Part shown: in pieces, positions 1 to 9,271 of the stretch
How the letters are laid out: every line of letters begins with the position of its first letter
Position numbering within the stretch: position 1 is the first letter of the stretch
NCBI GenBank assembly: GCA_016932785.1
Contig: JAFGCJ010000002.1
Location: 81,777 to 145,776, forward strand
Direction: 5' to 3'
DNA from: Candidatus Dojkabacteria bacterium
GTDB taxonomy: Bacteria > Patescibacteriota > Dojkabacteria > SC72 > JAFGCJ01
Length of the DNA stretch: 64,000 nucleotides
Program-made: the position numbers and the translations under genes
The notes under the pieces: model-generated
What the model saw: the letters and a program-made list of their open reading frames with translations, nothing else
Database searches by the model: none
Told to the model about the DNA's origin: nothing

Positions 1-1
1 T

Positions 2-472
2 GGTAACACTGGTACAAACAACTACATCTGGTTTGACTTAGATACGAATGCTGATGGTGGTGCGGTTGTTACCGTCATCGGTGCAAATACAGATGATCAA
101 GATGGTTCAGGAACTGTCTCAGCGTTAGACGGATCCGGAGCTAACGAGATCCCATCTGTAACCTCAGAGACTTTGCTTAGTGCAACAGTCCCTGGTTATG
201 GAATCTGTGGTGCACCTGGTACCCCAACATCAGGTACTATAAATATAGAAGCTGCCTATGATGGTGGTGGATCTGGTCTCGGAAACGATACCTATGGTCC
301 AGTCCCAGAGTCAGCAGCTAATGGTGGTTCACCAGCATCAATCTTCAACTCCAACTCGGATCCTGTTGAGGGAGCAAGAGTTCAGTTCGAAGTGGGTGCT
401 GCACCAGACGAAACTGATGGTACTGGTACATACACCGATCAGCTAACCTTTATCGCAACTTCAACCTTTTAA
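2..472 (+). CDS. Secreted/surface protein, C-terminal fragment (5' end lies outside the window)
   Basis: Frame 2 is open from the window edge to the TAA at 470-472. Composition is Gly/Thr/Asp-rich. The C-terminus ...GTGTYTDQLTFIATSTF loosely resembles the C-terminal Y..LTW.L motif of WxL-type surface proteins, with W replaced by F. A hairpin follows. Confidence 0.45.
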   Translation, partial: GNTGTNNYIWFDLDTNADGGAVVTVIGANTDDQDGSGTVSALDGSGANEIPSVTSETLLSATVPGYGICGAPGTPTSGTINIEAAYDGGGSGLGNDTYGPVPESAANGGSPASIFNSNSDPVEGARVQFEVGAAPDETDGTGTYTDQLTFIATSTF

Positions 473-500
473 AGTTGAATTAATAAGGAACTGATTAAAA

Positions 501-522
501 GAAGGGGGTTTCGGCCCCCTTC
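501..522 (+). terminator. Stem-loop after the surface-protein gene
   Basis: GAAGGGGG (501-508), loop TTTCGG, CCCCCTTC (515-522): a perfect 8-bp GC-rich stem. The downstream T-tract is weak (TTGAATTA). Confidence 0.5.
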
Positions 523-657
523 TTGAATTATGGAAACCTTTTTAATAAGTGTTTTTTTATGTTTGTTGGAGCTTATTCTCCGTCTGGGTCTTGAACTACT
601 TTTACTATATGTGGTTAAATGGTCTGGTATTGGAATTTAATTTTTTCTCAGTTTTAA

Positions 658-1773
658 ATGAAGCGTTATAGGAAATCGGTTCTTTTTCTTGTTCTTTGTG
701 TTATTTCTGTTGTCTCTCCCCTATTAGGTACGGCATTTGCTCAGGAGTCCTCTGATAGAGGTATTACTGTTTCTCCAGTAAAATATGAGTTTTCAGGAGA
801 GCCTGGTGAGGTCCTTGAAGGAACAGTTAAGTACTACAACAGTACAGGTTCAGAGAAGGATCTTTATCTGAAAGCTTTTAATTTTGAACCGTTGGGCGAA
901 ACAGGTTTTCCTGGCTTTTCAAACGACTTGTATCCTGATAATGCGTCACTCAAGGACTGGATAGTACTTGAGACAAGTCATATTGTCGTTGAGCATATTA
1001 CAGAGGAGAGGGCTCATCCAACAATTGTTAACTTTACAGTTCATATTCCCGAAGATGCAGCCCCTGGCGGTCACTATGCCGGAATAATACAGAGGCTAAA
1101 GCCGTTTGATCAGGTAGATGAGCTTGAGGGATCGGGTTTAGTTATTTCTCCGGAAAGTGCTTGTCTTATTATTTTGAATGTTGAGGGTGCAGTTACAAGA
1201 GAGGGTTACAGTGAACAGTTTTTTGTTGCTGATCCGTATGCTGCGGAGAAAAAACCTGTTAAGTTATTCGAGTATCCACCTGTTGAGTTTATAGCAAGGG
1301 TAAGAAATAGTGGTAATACCCATTTCAAGCCCCAGGGTAATGTTTTCCTGTATCGAGGTGATAAGAAAATCGCTGACTTTAAGGTTAATGAGGACGAAGG
1401 GAATGTACTTCGGGAGAGTATTCGTCGTTTTGAAGTAGATACTTGGGGCACTGACGAGGCCTTTATTACACGAGTAGCTGTCAAGGACGACGACGGCGAG
1501 CCGGTTCTGGACGATGAGGGTAATGTTAAGACGAAGATAAAGATAAATTGGGATAAGCTTTCTCATATCCCTATCGGAAAATATGAGGCAAAATTGGCTC
1601 TTGTTTACGATGGAGAAGAAGGTAAGGAGTTGATTCAGGATTCTGTTACATTCTGGATAATCCCTTGGAAAATTATTCTTATTATTCTTCTAATAATCAT
1701 AATCTATATCTCTATCGTTATAGATAGAAATAGGAGAAAGAAGAATAAGGGAAAGAAGAAAGATAAGAAGTAG
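658..1773 (+). CDS. Cell-surface protein, DUF916/DUF3324 (CscA)-like, C-terminally membrane anchored
   Basis: Signal peptide MKRYRKSVLFLVLCVISVVSPLLGTAFA. N-terminal pattern GITVSPVKYEFSGEPGEVLEGTVKYYNSTG...LYLKAFNF resembles DUF916. C-terminal TM helix IILIILLIIIIYISIVI is followed by a Lys/Arg-rich tail (RNRRKKNKGKKKDKK). Confidence 0.5.
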   Translation: MKRYRKSVLFLVLCVISVVSPLLGTAFAQESSDRGITVSPVKYEFSGEPGEVLEGTVKYYNSTGSEKDLYLKAFNFEPLGETGFPGFSNDLYPDNASLKDWIVLETSHIVVEHITEERAHPTIVNFTVHIPEDAAPGGHYAGIIQRLKPFDQVDELEGSGLVISPESACLIILNVEGAVTREGYSEQFFVADPYAAEKKPVKLFEYPPVEFIARVRNSGNTHFKPQGNVFLYRGDKKIADFKVNEDEGNVLRESIRRFEVDTWGTDEAFITRVAVKDDDGEPVLDDEGNVKTKIKINWDKLSHIPIGKYEAKLALVYDGEEGKELIQDSVTFWIIPWKIILIILLIIIIYISIVIDRNRRKKNKGKKKDKK

Positions 1774-1796
1774 CGTTGGAGTTAACCGTCGAAATA

Positions 1797-1829
1797 AAAG
1801 GGGTGCACATTGCTGCACCTCTTTTTTGT
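1797..1829. terminator. Bidirectional intrinsic terminator between convergent genes
   Basis: AAAAGGGGTGCA cattgc TGCACCTCTTTTTT. Stem is GGTGCA/TGCACC, extendable with a G-U pair. It is flanked by an A-run upstream and a T-run downstream, between the stops at 1773 (+) and 1831 (-). Confidence 0.65.
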
Positions 1830-1830
1830 T

Positions 1831-2643
1831 TTAAAGTTTGAGTAGATTGTCGAAAATAAAAGCGACTGTTAATGGACCTATTCCTCCTGGTACCGGTGTA
1901 AACAATGACGCTTTTTCACTGATTTCTTGACTCATATCGCCTCTTCGTTTTCCTTCCGAGTCGACTTCGTAGCCGGTGTCTATCGCGATTACTCCTTCTT
2001 TGACCATTTCTGGTTGAATGAGGTCTATTTGCCCGGTTCCTGAAATAACTATGTCTGCGTTCTTTGTATAAGCTCCTAGATCCTCTGTATATATGTCACA
2101 GACAGATACAGATGCTCCCAGATGTCCAAGGACTTGAGTAAGTGGTCTCCCGAGAAGGTAACTGTTTCCTACTATAGTGGCTGTTTTTCCCTCCAGGCTT
2201 TTGCCGTCTAAGCCTATCTTGATAGCGTGAAATGCGGCTTTTGCTACAGGTGAGTAGATCTCTGTAACCTTCTGTTCCAGTTCCCCCATTCTACAACGAC
2301 CTAGACCTTCTACGTCTTTTTCATATGGTACAGTATTAAGAACTTTGTATCTGTCTATACCTTCAGGAAATGGCATCTGAACCAGAATACCGTTATATTC
2401 TTTTGAAATCTTAGTAATGAGTTCCATTAGCTGCTCAGTTGAATAGTTATTCCCCGCGTCGATAATTGAGCATTCTAATCCTAGTTCTTCTGCTGTTTTT
2501 TTCTTCGAATTCGTGAAGGTGATTTGAGGAGGAGTTTGCTGGGTTCTTGTTATTGCGAGATTCGGTTTAACCCTGTCCTTCTCTATTTTAATTTTAATAT
2601 CTGATAGAATTTTTTGAGCTTCTTTGTTACCGTCTAAAAGCAT
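1831..2643 (-). CDS. folD: Bifunctional methylenetetrahydrofolate dehydrogenase/cyclohydrolase
   Basis: 270 aa with GNSYLLGRPL (NADP-binding G.S..vG.P) and C-terminal TPVPGGIGPLTVAFIFDNLL, both typical of FolD. Confidence 0.9.
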   Translation of the reverse strand: MLLDGNKEAQKILSDIKIKIEKDRVKPNLAITRTQQTPPQITFTNSKKKTAEELGLECSIIDAGNNYSTEQLMELITKISKEYNGILVQMPFPEGIDRYKVLNTVPYEKDVEGLGRCRMGELEQKVTEIYSPVAKAAFHAIKIGLDGKSLEGKTATIVGNSYLLGRPLTQVLGHLGASVSVCDIYTEDLGAYTKNADIVISGTGQIDLIQPEMVKEGVIAIDTGYEVDSEGKRRGDMSQEISEKASLFTPVPGGIGPLTVAFIFDNLLKL

Positions 2644-2702
2644 TTCTCTGCTATGATAAAATATTCTTATCTTATTTTATCACATAGGTTTGGGCATTAT
2701 TA

Positions 2703-3356
2703 ATGACAAAGAAGGACAGAGCTGCAAAAATATATGGTGTATTGAGGCGTGAATATAAGGATGCATGTTGTACTCTATTATTTGACAGTCCTCAGCAATT
2801 TCTTTTTGCTAACATTCTTTCCGCTCAGTGTACGGACGATGTGGCCAGTAGGGTTTCTATTGCTTTAATGAAGAAATTTGGTGGTGCTGAAGGTATCGCC
2901 AAGGCTAGTCTTTCAAGTATTTCTGAGGTGATAAGACCAGCAGGTTTCTATAATGTCAAATCAAGATATATTAAAAAAACCGCAAAACTTCTGGTTGATG
3001 AGTTTAACGGTGAACTGCCAAATAATCTTGATGATCTCAAAAAATTTTCCGGTATCGCAAGAAAAACCGGTCTGGTAATTCTGGGTGAGGTATTTAATAA
3101 GGTTGAAGGTATTGTTATTGATACTCATAATATTCGTCTTGCCAAAAGGTTGGGTTTGACTAAGCACGAATCGGCAGAAAAAATAGAAAAAGACTTAATG
3201 AAACTACTACCCAGAACTAAGTGGCGGATGTGGTCGCATTTGATGGTTTTTCATGGTAGGAAAATTTGTATTGCCAGATCTCCAAAATGTCAGGAATGCT
3301 TGATTTGTGAGTATTGTGACTTTGGCTGTATTAACAATAAATGTTTAACTTCTTGA
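2703..3356 (+). CDS. nth: Endonuclease III (HhH-GPD DNA glycosylase with 4Fe-4S cluster)
   Basis: 217 aa with a helix-hairpin-helix region (LKKFSGIARKTGLVILG) and a C-terminal C-x6-C-x2-C-x5-C cluster (CIARSPKCQECLICEYC). Confidence 0.9.
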   Translation: MTKKDRAAKIYGVLRREYKDACCTLLFDSPQQFLFANILSAQCTDDVASRVSIALMKKFGGAEGIAKASLSSISEVIRPAGFYNVKSRYIKKTAKLLVDEFNGELPNNLDDLKKFSGIARKTGLVILGEVFNKVEGIVIDTHNIRLAKRLGLTKHESAEKIEKDLMKLLPRTKWRMWSHLMVFHGRKICIARSPKCQECLICEYCDFGCINNKCLTS

Positions 3357-3388
3357 CATCCTCTTCCTATAATAATAAAATGAAAGAG

Positions 3389-3404
3389 TTCGGTTAATAT
3401 TCGG
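3389..3404 (+). promoter_or_regulatory. Candidate LexA operator (direct repeat TTCGG-N6-TTCGG) in the lexA promoter
   Basis: TTCGGTTAATATTCGG lies between a TATAAT (3368-3373) and the lexA ATG (3429). It is 14/16 identical to TTCGGTTTTTATTCGG upstream of umuD (16261-16276, minus strand). Confidence 0.45.
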
Positions 3405-3428
3405 GTGGTAATTTTAGCTTATATACTT

Positions 3429-4079
3429 ATGTCCTTCGAGCCGATTACGCATACTATTTATAATGATACTCCGGTTCTATATCCGAAACAGCGCAAGGTG
3501 CTTAACTATATTGAGAAATATATTTCTGATCATGGTTTTGCCCCTACTCTTACCGAGATTAAGGATTATTTGGGAGTTAAAGCTCTATCAACTGTACATG
3601 AGCACCTGATAAAACTTGAGGAGAAAGGCTATCTTGAGAGAGATGATGATAAGAGAAGCATCCGGTTAAAAATAAAGAAAGGGATGTTTGCGGGCTCGTT
3701 AATAGATGTTCCTCTTGTAGGCATGATTGCTGCTGGTGAGCCAATAGACGCTATAGAGGAGCCTGAACAGATAGGAGTTCCCCTTCCAGCAAATCTTGTT
3801 GGCAATAAGAAAGTTTTTTGTCTAAAGGTTAGAGGTGATAGTATGCTTGAGAGTTTAATAGCCGATGGAGATATTGTTGTTTGTGAGAAAGTAGATTTCG
3901 TACAAGATGGTGACACGGTGGTAGCTCTTCTTGAAGATAATACTGCCACCTTAAAGAAGTTCTACCGTGAGAGGAACTGTATCCGTTTGCAACCGGCGAA
4001 TCCCAGCTACAAGCCACTTATGGTTAAGAATGTAACCATTCAAGGGCGTGTAATTGCTATTTACAGGAAATATGGGTGA
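3429..4079 (+). CDS. lexA: LexA repressor (S24 self-cleaving)
   Basis: N-terminal wHTH (LTEIKDYLGVKALSTVHEHLIKLEEKGYLER), Ala-Gly cleavage site (MIAAGEP), catalytic RGDSM and ATLKKF (Ser/Lys dyad). The ORF is open from GTG 3405; ATG 3429 is preferred because the candidate operator occupies 3389-3404. Confidence 0.9.
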   Translation: MSFEPITHTIYNDTPVLYPKQRKVLNYIEKYISDHGFAPTLTEIKDYLGVKALSTVHEHLIKLEEKGYLERDDDKRSIRLKIKKGMFAGSLIDVPLVGMIAAGEPIDAIEEPEQIGVPLPANLVGNKKVFCLKVRGDSMLESLIADGDIVVCEKVDFVQDGDTVVALLEDNTATLKKFYRERNCIRLQPANPSYKPLMVKNVTIQGRVIAIYRKYG

Positions 4080-4107
4080 GGTTTCCAGGTCATTTCTCTA
4101 TACTCTC

Positions 4108-4734
4108 CTAGAGACCCTGTGTTATGTCGTAGTTGACTATTAACCAGAATATATATAGCCAAGCTACAAGAAGGATTCCACCTATTACCTGGGCGACTGT
4201 GTGTTTTTTCAGCACTATTCGTGACCATCCGGTTAGTATGGGGAGTATTATAAGTATGATTGTCCAGGGTGACCTATTAATATCCATAAGTATTATCGTA
4301 AAGATTGCCGCTGAATATGCATGAATACTTATTTTCCAAAATAAAGTTACAATGATCGAAATGCCGAATCCAATCGTAAATGCTGTCATGTAGGTAGATG
4401 CCATATCATATCCCCAGTATCTTGAAAGAACACAGATGAGAATCATCGGTATTAAAAGGAACGAAAAGATTAGTGGGCGTTTTTCTCTTGTCGTTATATC
4501 CCAGTTGTTTGCATATTTGATTTTGATTGCAAAGAATAGAATAGCTATAGATACGGCATAGCCACCAAATGAAACACCAAACCATCTTATGGCATCTTCA
4601 AATGAATGAGGTATGAGTAACTCGTAAAGAAGAATTATTGCTAAGAAGGCAATAACGTAGGGACTGATAATTGTTGTGAGAATTTTGGCAATAGTGTTTT
4701 CGGAAAAATCAATTCGCAGTTTTTTTGGTGCCAT
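4108..4734 (-). CDS. Multi-pass membrane protein, PAP2-superfamily-like
   Basis: About 6 TM helices. SIHAYSA resembles PSGH, and SRIVLKKHTVAQVIGG resembles SRxxxxxHxxxD with D replaced by Q. The first PAP2 motif is unclear. The 5' end overlaps the lgt stop by 26 nt, so the start is uncertain. Confidence 0.45.
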   Translation of the reverse strand: MAPKKLRIDFSENTIAKILTTIISPYVIAFLAIILLYELLIPHSFEDAIRWFGVSFGGYAVSIAILFFAIKIKYANNWDITTREKRPLIFSFLLIPMILICVLSRYWGYDMASTYMTAFTIGFGISIIVTLFWKISIHAYSAAIFTIILMDINRSPWTIILIILPILTGWSRIVLKKHTVAQVIGGILLVAWLYIFWLIVNYDITQGL

Positions 4735-5536
4735 TCGGGATTATTTTTTTGATTTTATTTCCAAAGATTAACGAAAAACCAGCTATTATTAATAGCAAAC
4801 CTGCTATATCGGCGGCTTTTAATATTGAGAAAATTGGCTGAGAGTCAATCCGGAATCGTTCCATAGTGATCCTGATAATACCATAATTGATAAGAAACAA
4901 GCCAGTAATAAAGCCTTCTGATCTATTTTTTGAGATTTTATAAAGTGTCAGGAAGTTAAGAATGTCTAGAATTGATTCGTAGAAAAATACAGGATGAAAG
5001 CCCGTATAATCGAGATATGGGGCCGTAAGTTTTTCTTTTGGGATGCAGATTCCCCATGGTAAGTTTGTAGGCTTCCCATAGATTTCATTATTTATATAGT
5101 TACCCCATCTTCCTATGCTTTGCCCCAACGGGAAATAAAGGAATATTTTATCAAGCAGATTGAAGAAGTTGATTTGTATGTCCGATGTTTTACGAAGAAT
5201 AGTTAACGTTAATGAATATCCTGCTAGAGCTCCAATAATGACTCCGAAAATAGTTGAACCCCCTTCCCAAAAATACAATGAAGAGATTAAATCTGAATGA
5301 AAATCTTCGAAATGCATAAAAACGTAAAGAATCCTTCCCCCGATTAGTGCAGCAAAGCCTGTTGTTAGAAGTAATAAATAAAGTTGTTTATCGTTAATTA
5401 TCTTTGAGTCGTACGATCTAAATACCGGAATGAGGACTGTTATGACGGCAATGCCGATAATTAGTCCGTATGTATGGAGCTGAATAGGACCAATGTGTAT
5501 TGTCTGAATTTGTGATAAAATTTCGACGCAAATCAT
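4709..5536 (-). CDS. lgt: Prolipoprotein diacylglyceryl transferase
   Basis: 275 aa membrane protein with LHTYGLIIGIAV, GGRILYV, WEGGSTIFG and the signature GQSIGRWGNYINNEIYGKPTNLPWGI. Confidence 0.85.
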   Translation of the reverse strand: MICVEILSQIQTIHIGPIQLHTYGLIIGIAVITVLIPVFRSYDSKIINDKQLYLLLLTTGFAALIGGRILYVFMHFEDFHSDLISSLYFWEGGSTIFGVIIGALAGYSLTLTILRKTSDIQINFFNLLDKIFLYFPLGQSIGRWGNYINNEIYGKPTNLPWGICIPKEKLTAPYLDYTGFHPVFFYESILDILNFLTLYKISKNRSEGFITGLFLINYGIIRITMERFRIDSQPIFSILKAADIAGLLLIIAGFSLIFGNKIKKIIPNGTKKTAN

Positions 5537-5552
5537 CTATTAATAGAATTTA

Positions 5553-6500
5553 TTGAATAAAAAGAAAATTGTAAAGCTTGGTCTTCAGATTGTTATCTAT
5601 CTTGTAGTTGGGCTTTTCATGTATTTTGCTGTGAGAGATAAGGTCTCTGATCTCAAGGACTATTCAATTTCGAACTTTTGGCTTTTGCTGCTTTCAGTTC
5701 CTCTGTTTTCTCTCAATGTAGCTATTAATTCATGGACGTGGCATACAATGATGGATTTTTCCGGCGAGAAGATTCCTTTTATGGAATCTATGAATGTCTA
5801 TGTTTCATCATTTATTGTCAGGTATATACCAGGTAACGTATGGGCAATTATTGCCCGTGCGGTTATGAACAAGAAATTCGGTGTGAATATGATGAAGACT
5901 GCCTGGGGGTGGCTGATTGAAAATATCACGTTTCTTATGGTTGGTATGCTTTTCTCCCTATTTGTTTTGGCTTCTGTTTATAAAGAGAGACCTGAGGTAC
6001 TCATTGTGGTATTAATAGCATTGCCGGTTTGTATTGTTTTTCTCCTTCGATATGAATTGATTGGAAAGCTTTTTAATTTTCTTGTTAAGAAGAAATTTAA
6101 AAAGTACTACGATAAAAATGTCGAAATGCTTGAGTTGTCTTTTCGACATAAGCTTACCCTTGTAGGTATGTATGGTCTATCCTGGCTTGCTTATTCTCTC
6201 CATTATTTCGTGGTAGTGAATGCTGTTACCGGTGTCGGTATAGATAAATTCTTTTTGATTACTGGAATTAATGCCTTAGCTTGGTCTGTCGGGTACATGT
6301 CTATAATTACACCGAGCGGAGGTGGAGTCAGGGAGGGAATTATGATTCTAGCCCTGACAACCTTAGGAATCATGGGTGAAGTAGACGCTGTAGTGGTAAC
6401 TTTAATTGCTCGTCTGGCTTTCATTGCAGGTGAGCTTTTGTATTTTGCCTTTACGAAGCTAGTTTATTTTTTATGGAATAGGAATGGAAAGTCAAAATAA
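5553..6500 (+). CDS. Flippase-like membrane protein (lysyl-PG synthase TM-region / UPF0104 family)
   Basis: TTG start, about 8 TM helices. The family-typical motifs YIPGNVWAIIARA and SPSGGGVREG are present. Confidence 0.6.
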   Translation: MNKKKIVKLGLQIVIYLVVGLFMYFAVRDKVSDLKDYSISNFWLLLLSVPLFSLNVAINSWTWHTMMDFSGEKIPFMESMNVYVSSFIVRYIPGNVWAIIARAVMNKKFGVNMMKTAWGWLIENITFLMVGMLFSLFVLASVYKERPEVLIVVLIALPVCIVFLLRYELIGKLFNFLVKKKFKKYYDKNVEMLELSFRHKLTLVGMYGLSWLAYSLHYFVVVNAVTGVGIDKFFLITGINALAWSVGYMSIITPSGGGVREGIMILALTTLGIMGEVDAVVVTLIARLAFIAGELLYFAFTKLVYFLWNRNGKSK

Positions 6501-7485
6501 TAGCAAAGTCGACCTTAGTGTCATCTACACCGTTAGAAATGAGGAAGATCTCATAGAAAAAGTTGTTGGGGAGATGATGGATGAATTGAATAAACTGAGA
6601 GTCTCGTTTGAAGTAATTGCCCCAAATGTTCCGTCAATTGATAATTCATTTAGTGCTCTCGAGAAAGTAGGAAAAAAGTATGACAACTTCTTCCCTGTGA
6701 ATATGGTACAGACAAGAGCTGATAATCTTCAGAAAGGTTATCAGATGCTATTGGGTATTAGACTTGCTAGAGGCAAGAAGATTATCTTGACTGATTCGGA
6801 TGGGCAGGCAGACCCAAAGGATTACAGGAAGCTGCTCGAAGCCATCGACTCGGGAGCAGATGCCGTTTTTGGTTGGAGGCAGGATAGGTCTGCTGCACAC
6901 GGATTTTTCTATAATTTGACGTCATTCTTTCAGAACACTCTTTGGAGAATTCTAACTGGAATGAAAATTCATGATAAAAATACTGGGCTTAAAGCAATGA
7001 CAGATGTGGCGGCAAAGTCTCTGACGCTTTATGGGAGGAATTTTCGTGACATTGCATATCAGCTTACAGCTAAGAGCTTTAAGGTTACGGAGGTTCCGAT
7101 TAATTGGAGGGAGAGAAAGGGAGGAATTCAAAACTTTAAGTTTTTGGACAGACTTCTAGGCGGGACTTTGGATCTTCTCGTTGTGGTTTATTTGACTAAA
7201 ATGCTGGATAAACCTTTCAGGTATTGGGGTCTACAAATGGTGACTTCTGGCGCTCTGGGAGTGTTTATTTGGTTTGTCGCGGTGGTTTTTCTGATGATTG
7301 CTGACTCAGACCTCATGTTTACAACGGCAATTCTTGTCGCGTTCATAGGTTCGCTTGCGGAGTTCAGAGCTCTTATATCACTTGCAATAGGAGTGATAAC
7401 GGAATTTGTTGAAAGTGGAAGAAGATTTGATGTCAGTGATTACTACATAATAGATGATCCCAAAGGGATAACTCAAAGATTGTAG
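6484..7485 (+). CDS. Family-2 glycosyltransferase (polyprenyl-phosphate sugar synthase-like) with C-terminal TM helices
   Basis: N-terminal GT-A fold (LSVIYTVRNEED, LTDSDGQADP containing DxD) followed by 2 C-terminal TM helices, as in DPM1/ArnC/GtrB-like enzymes. Confidence 0.75.
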   Translation: MESQNNSKVDLSVIYTVRNEEDLIEKVVGEMMDELNKLRVSFEVIAPNVPSIDNSFSALEKVGKKYDNFFPVNMVQTRADNLQKGYQMLLGIRLARGKKIILTDSDGQADPKDYRKLLEAIDSGADAVFGWRQDRSAAHGFFYNLTSFFQNTLWRILTGMKIHDKNTGLKAMTDVAAKSLTLYGRNFRDIAYQLTAKSFKVTEVPINWRERKGGIQNFKFLDRLLGGTLDLLVVVYLTKMLDKPFRYWGLQMVTSGALGVFIWFVAVVFLMIADSDLMFTTAILVAFIGSLAEFRALISLAIGVITEFVESGRRFDVSDYYIIDDPKGITQRL

Positions 7486-7495
7486 ATACTGTTGC

Positions 7496-9271
7496 TTAGT
7501 CTTCTTTTTCGTCTAGGTCAAAGACCATATAGGTGTAACAGATTCTATCTATTGGTTTCAGTGTTCCGTCGAAGAAAGGTTCCCTGATCCATTCTGTCCT
7601 TGTTCTTTTGTTCCTATCTCTTCCCATCAGTCTGTCGACGTCCATTATTACAAGTCCGCTGTCTACCTCATCGATAGGATTGATGTGTACAACCGTCCCT
7701 TCAGGCAGGTCGTTTACATAATCTTCAACGTAGAGGTCGTCCTGAGCCCAGCTGAGATTACTATCGAGTAGGTATTTATAGCCGTTCTTGGGGCCTCCTA
7801 CAAGTTCGTTAAAGTATTCTAGGTAGTGAGGATAGATGAATGTTGCTGACAGAACATACCATAGTCCCAGTAGCACTATAGGAATGGCGTAGTATTTACT
7901 CTTTTTAACAGCCCAATTGACAAGAAGAGCAATTCCAAGGTAAATGAAAGGAAATACAACGAGGACATGCCGGATACCAAGATTGATACTGCTTTTCATT
8001 GACAGAAGAAAAAAGAATACTGGAACACAGATCAATATCCAGTAAGGTTCTATTTTGAAGGTTCTTTTTGTCTTCTTCTTGGACTTCAATTGTTTTATTC
8101 GCATTGCAATGTACTTGTAGGTGCTGTAGCCTGCAGTTGCGAAAAGGGCCAGGATCCCAATCAGAGCGGGGACAGGCATTTTAACGAGCATTGCTGCGGG
8201 GAAATAATACCACCAGCCCTTATGTTCATATTGACCGAAGAGAAAACTGTCATGCCCAAATGCATCGTGGGATACAACATTTTCTATGAATCCAATAATA
8301 TATTCGGGAAACGGAAATTTTGTGTGAACGTACCCATTTTTGGCTTTCTCTGTTAGGAAGGGAAGATTCTGGGTATGGAATTCGATATCCCAAAGGTTTT
8401 GGTTTATTTTTTGCCAGTTCTCATGATTGGTTGATGCCAGGGTGTCGAATCTGAAGCCATACGCTGCAAAAAGCATCACAAACCATACGGCTACAACAAT
8501 TGCGGGTTTGCCTAGAGATCGGATAATGGCTTTAAAGGAGCTTTTCTGGTTCTTTTTTATTGTTGCAAACTCGTATACAAAAAGAACTAATACCCATAGA
8601 AAAGCTATGGGAACAGCACTATACTTGATGATAAGTGAGACAAAAGATGTGATTGTAAAAAGAATAAAATCTTTCCTGTCATGATTCTTAGCATATTTGT
8701 AAAGAAAGAATGTTGCAAAAAATACAGGTGGTACAATCATCGCGTCAGTTGTAACAAGCCGGGAGTTAGCAAGTAAATTTGGACTAAAGAAGTATAAAAT
8801 CGAGGTTACTATCGCAGGTATTATGCCCCATTCTTTTTTGACTAAGAAATATATGATGACTCCACAAATAGCCATCACTGCCAGAGTTGCCATTCTTGAC
8901 CAATTCAGAACATTGATGGTAAAGTCTCTCTTCTTGCCGTTGAGATCTACGATTATCCCTGCAAGTTTGTCCTTGTCTGCTCGCTTCCACTCATCTAGAT
9001 CTGTACTTGGAATTTTAATTTCTGAATTGAATAATTGCGGAATGGCAGTAATGACATTCCCAAGTATTGGGTGATGCTTGTTTAGTCTGTAGTCTCCTGT
9101 TTTCAGGAGCATAACTCCACGTACTAGGTGCCTGTTTTCGTCTCTTGTGTATGATTTGTAGTCAATACTTGTGTATCCCACAACAAAAAAAGTTAGGCCT
9201 AGTAAAATAGGGAGGGCTGTAAAGATAACTTTTCTAAAAATGTCACTTCTTTTTTGTTGATCTTTTTTCAT
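7496..9271 (-). CDS. GT-C type membrane glycosyltransferase (GT39/ArnT/PMT-like)
   Basis: 591 aa with more than 10 TM helices. The N-terminal loop (RDENRHLVRGV...HHPILGN) is typical of dolichyl/undecaprenyl-phosphate-sugar-dependent transferases. There is a soluble C-terminal domain. Confidence 0.65.
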   Translation of the reverse strand: MKKDQQKRSDIFRKVIFTALPILLGLTFFVVGYTSIDYKSYTRDENRHLVRGVMLLKTGDYRLNKHHPILGNVITAIPQLFNSEIKIPSTDLDEWKRADKDKLAGIIVDLNGKKRDFTINVLNWSRMATLAVMAICGVIIYFLVKKEWGIIPAIVTSILYFFSPNLLANSRLVTTDAMIVPPVFFATFFLYKYAKNHDRKDFILFTITSFVSLIIKYSAVPIAFLWVLVLFVYEFATIKKNQKSSFKAIIRSLGKPAIVVAVWFVMLFAAYGFRFDTLASTNHENWQKINQNLWDIEFHTQNLPFLTEKAKNGYVHTKFPFPEYIIGFIENVVSHDAFGHDSFLFGQYEHKGWWYYFPAAMLVKMPVPALIGILALFATAGYSTYKYIAMRIKQLKSKKKTKRTFKIEPYWILICVPVFFFLLSMKSSINLGIRHVLVVFPFIYLGIALLVNWAVKKSKYYAIPIVLLGLWYVLSATFIYPHYLEYFNELVGGPKNGYKYLLDSNLSWAQDDLYVEDYVNDLPEGTVVHINPIDEVDSGLVIMDVDRLMGRDRNKRTRTEWIREPFFDGTLKPIDRICYTYMVFDLDEKED

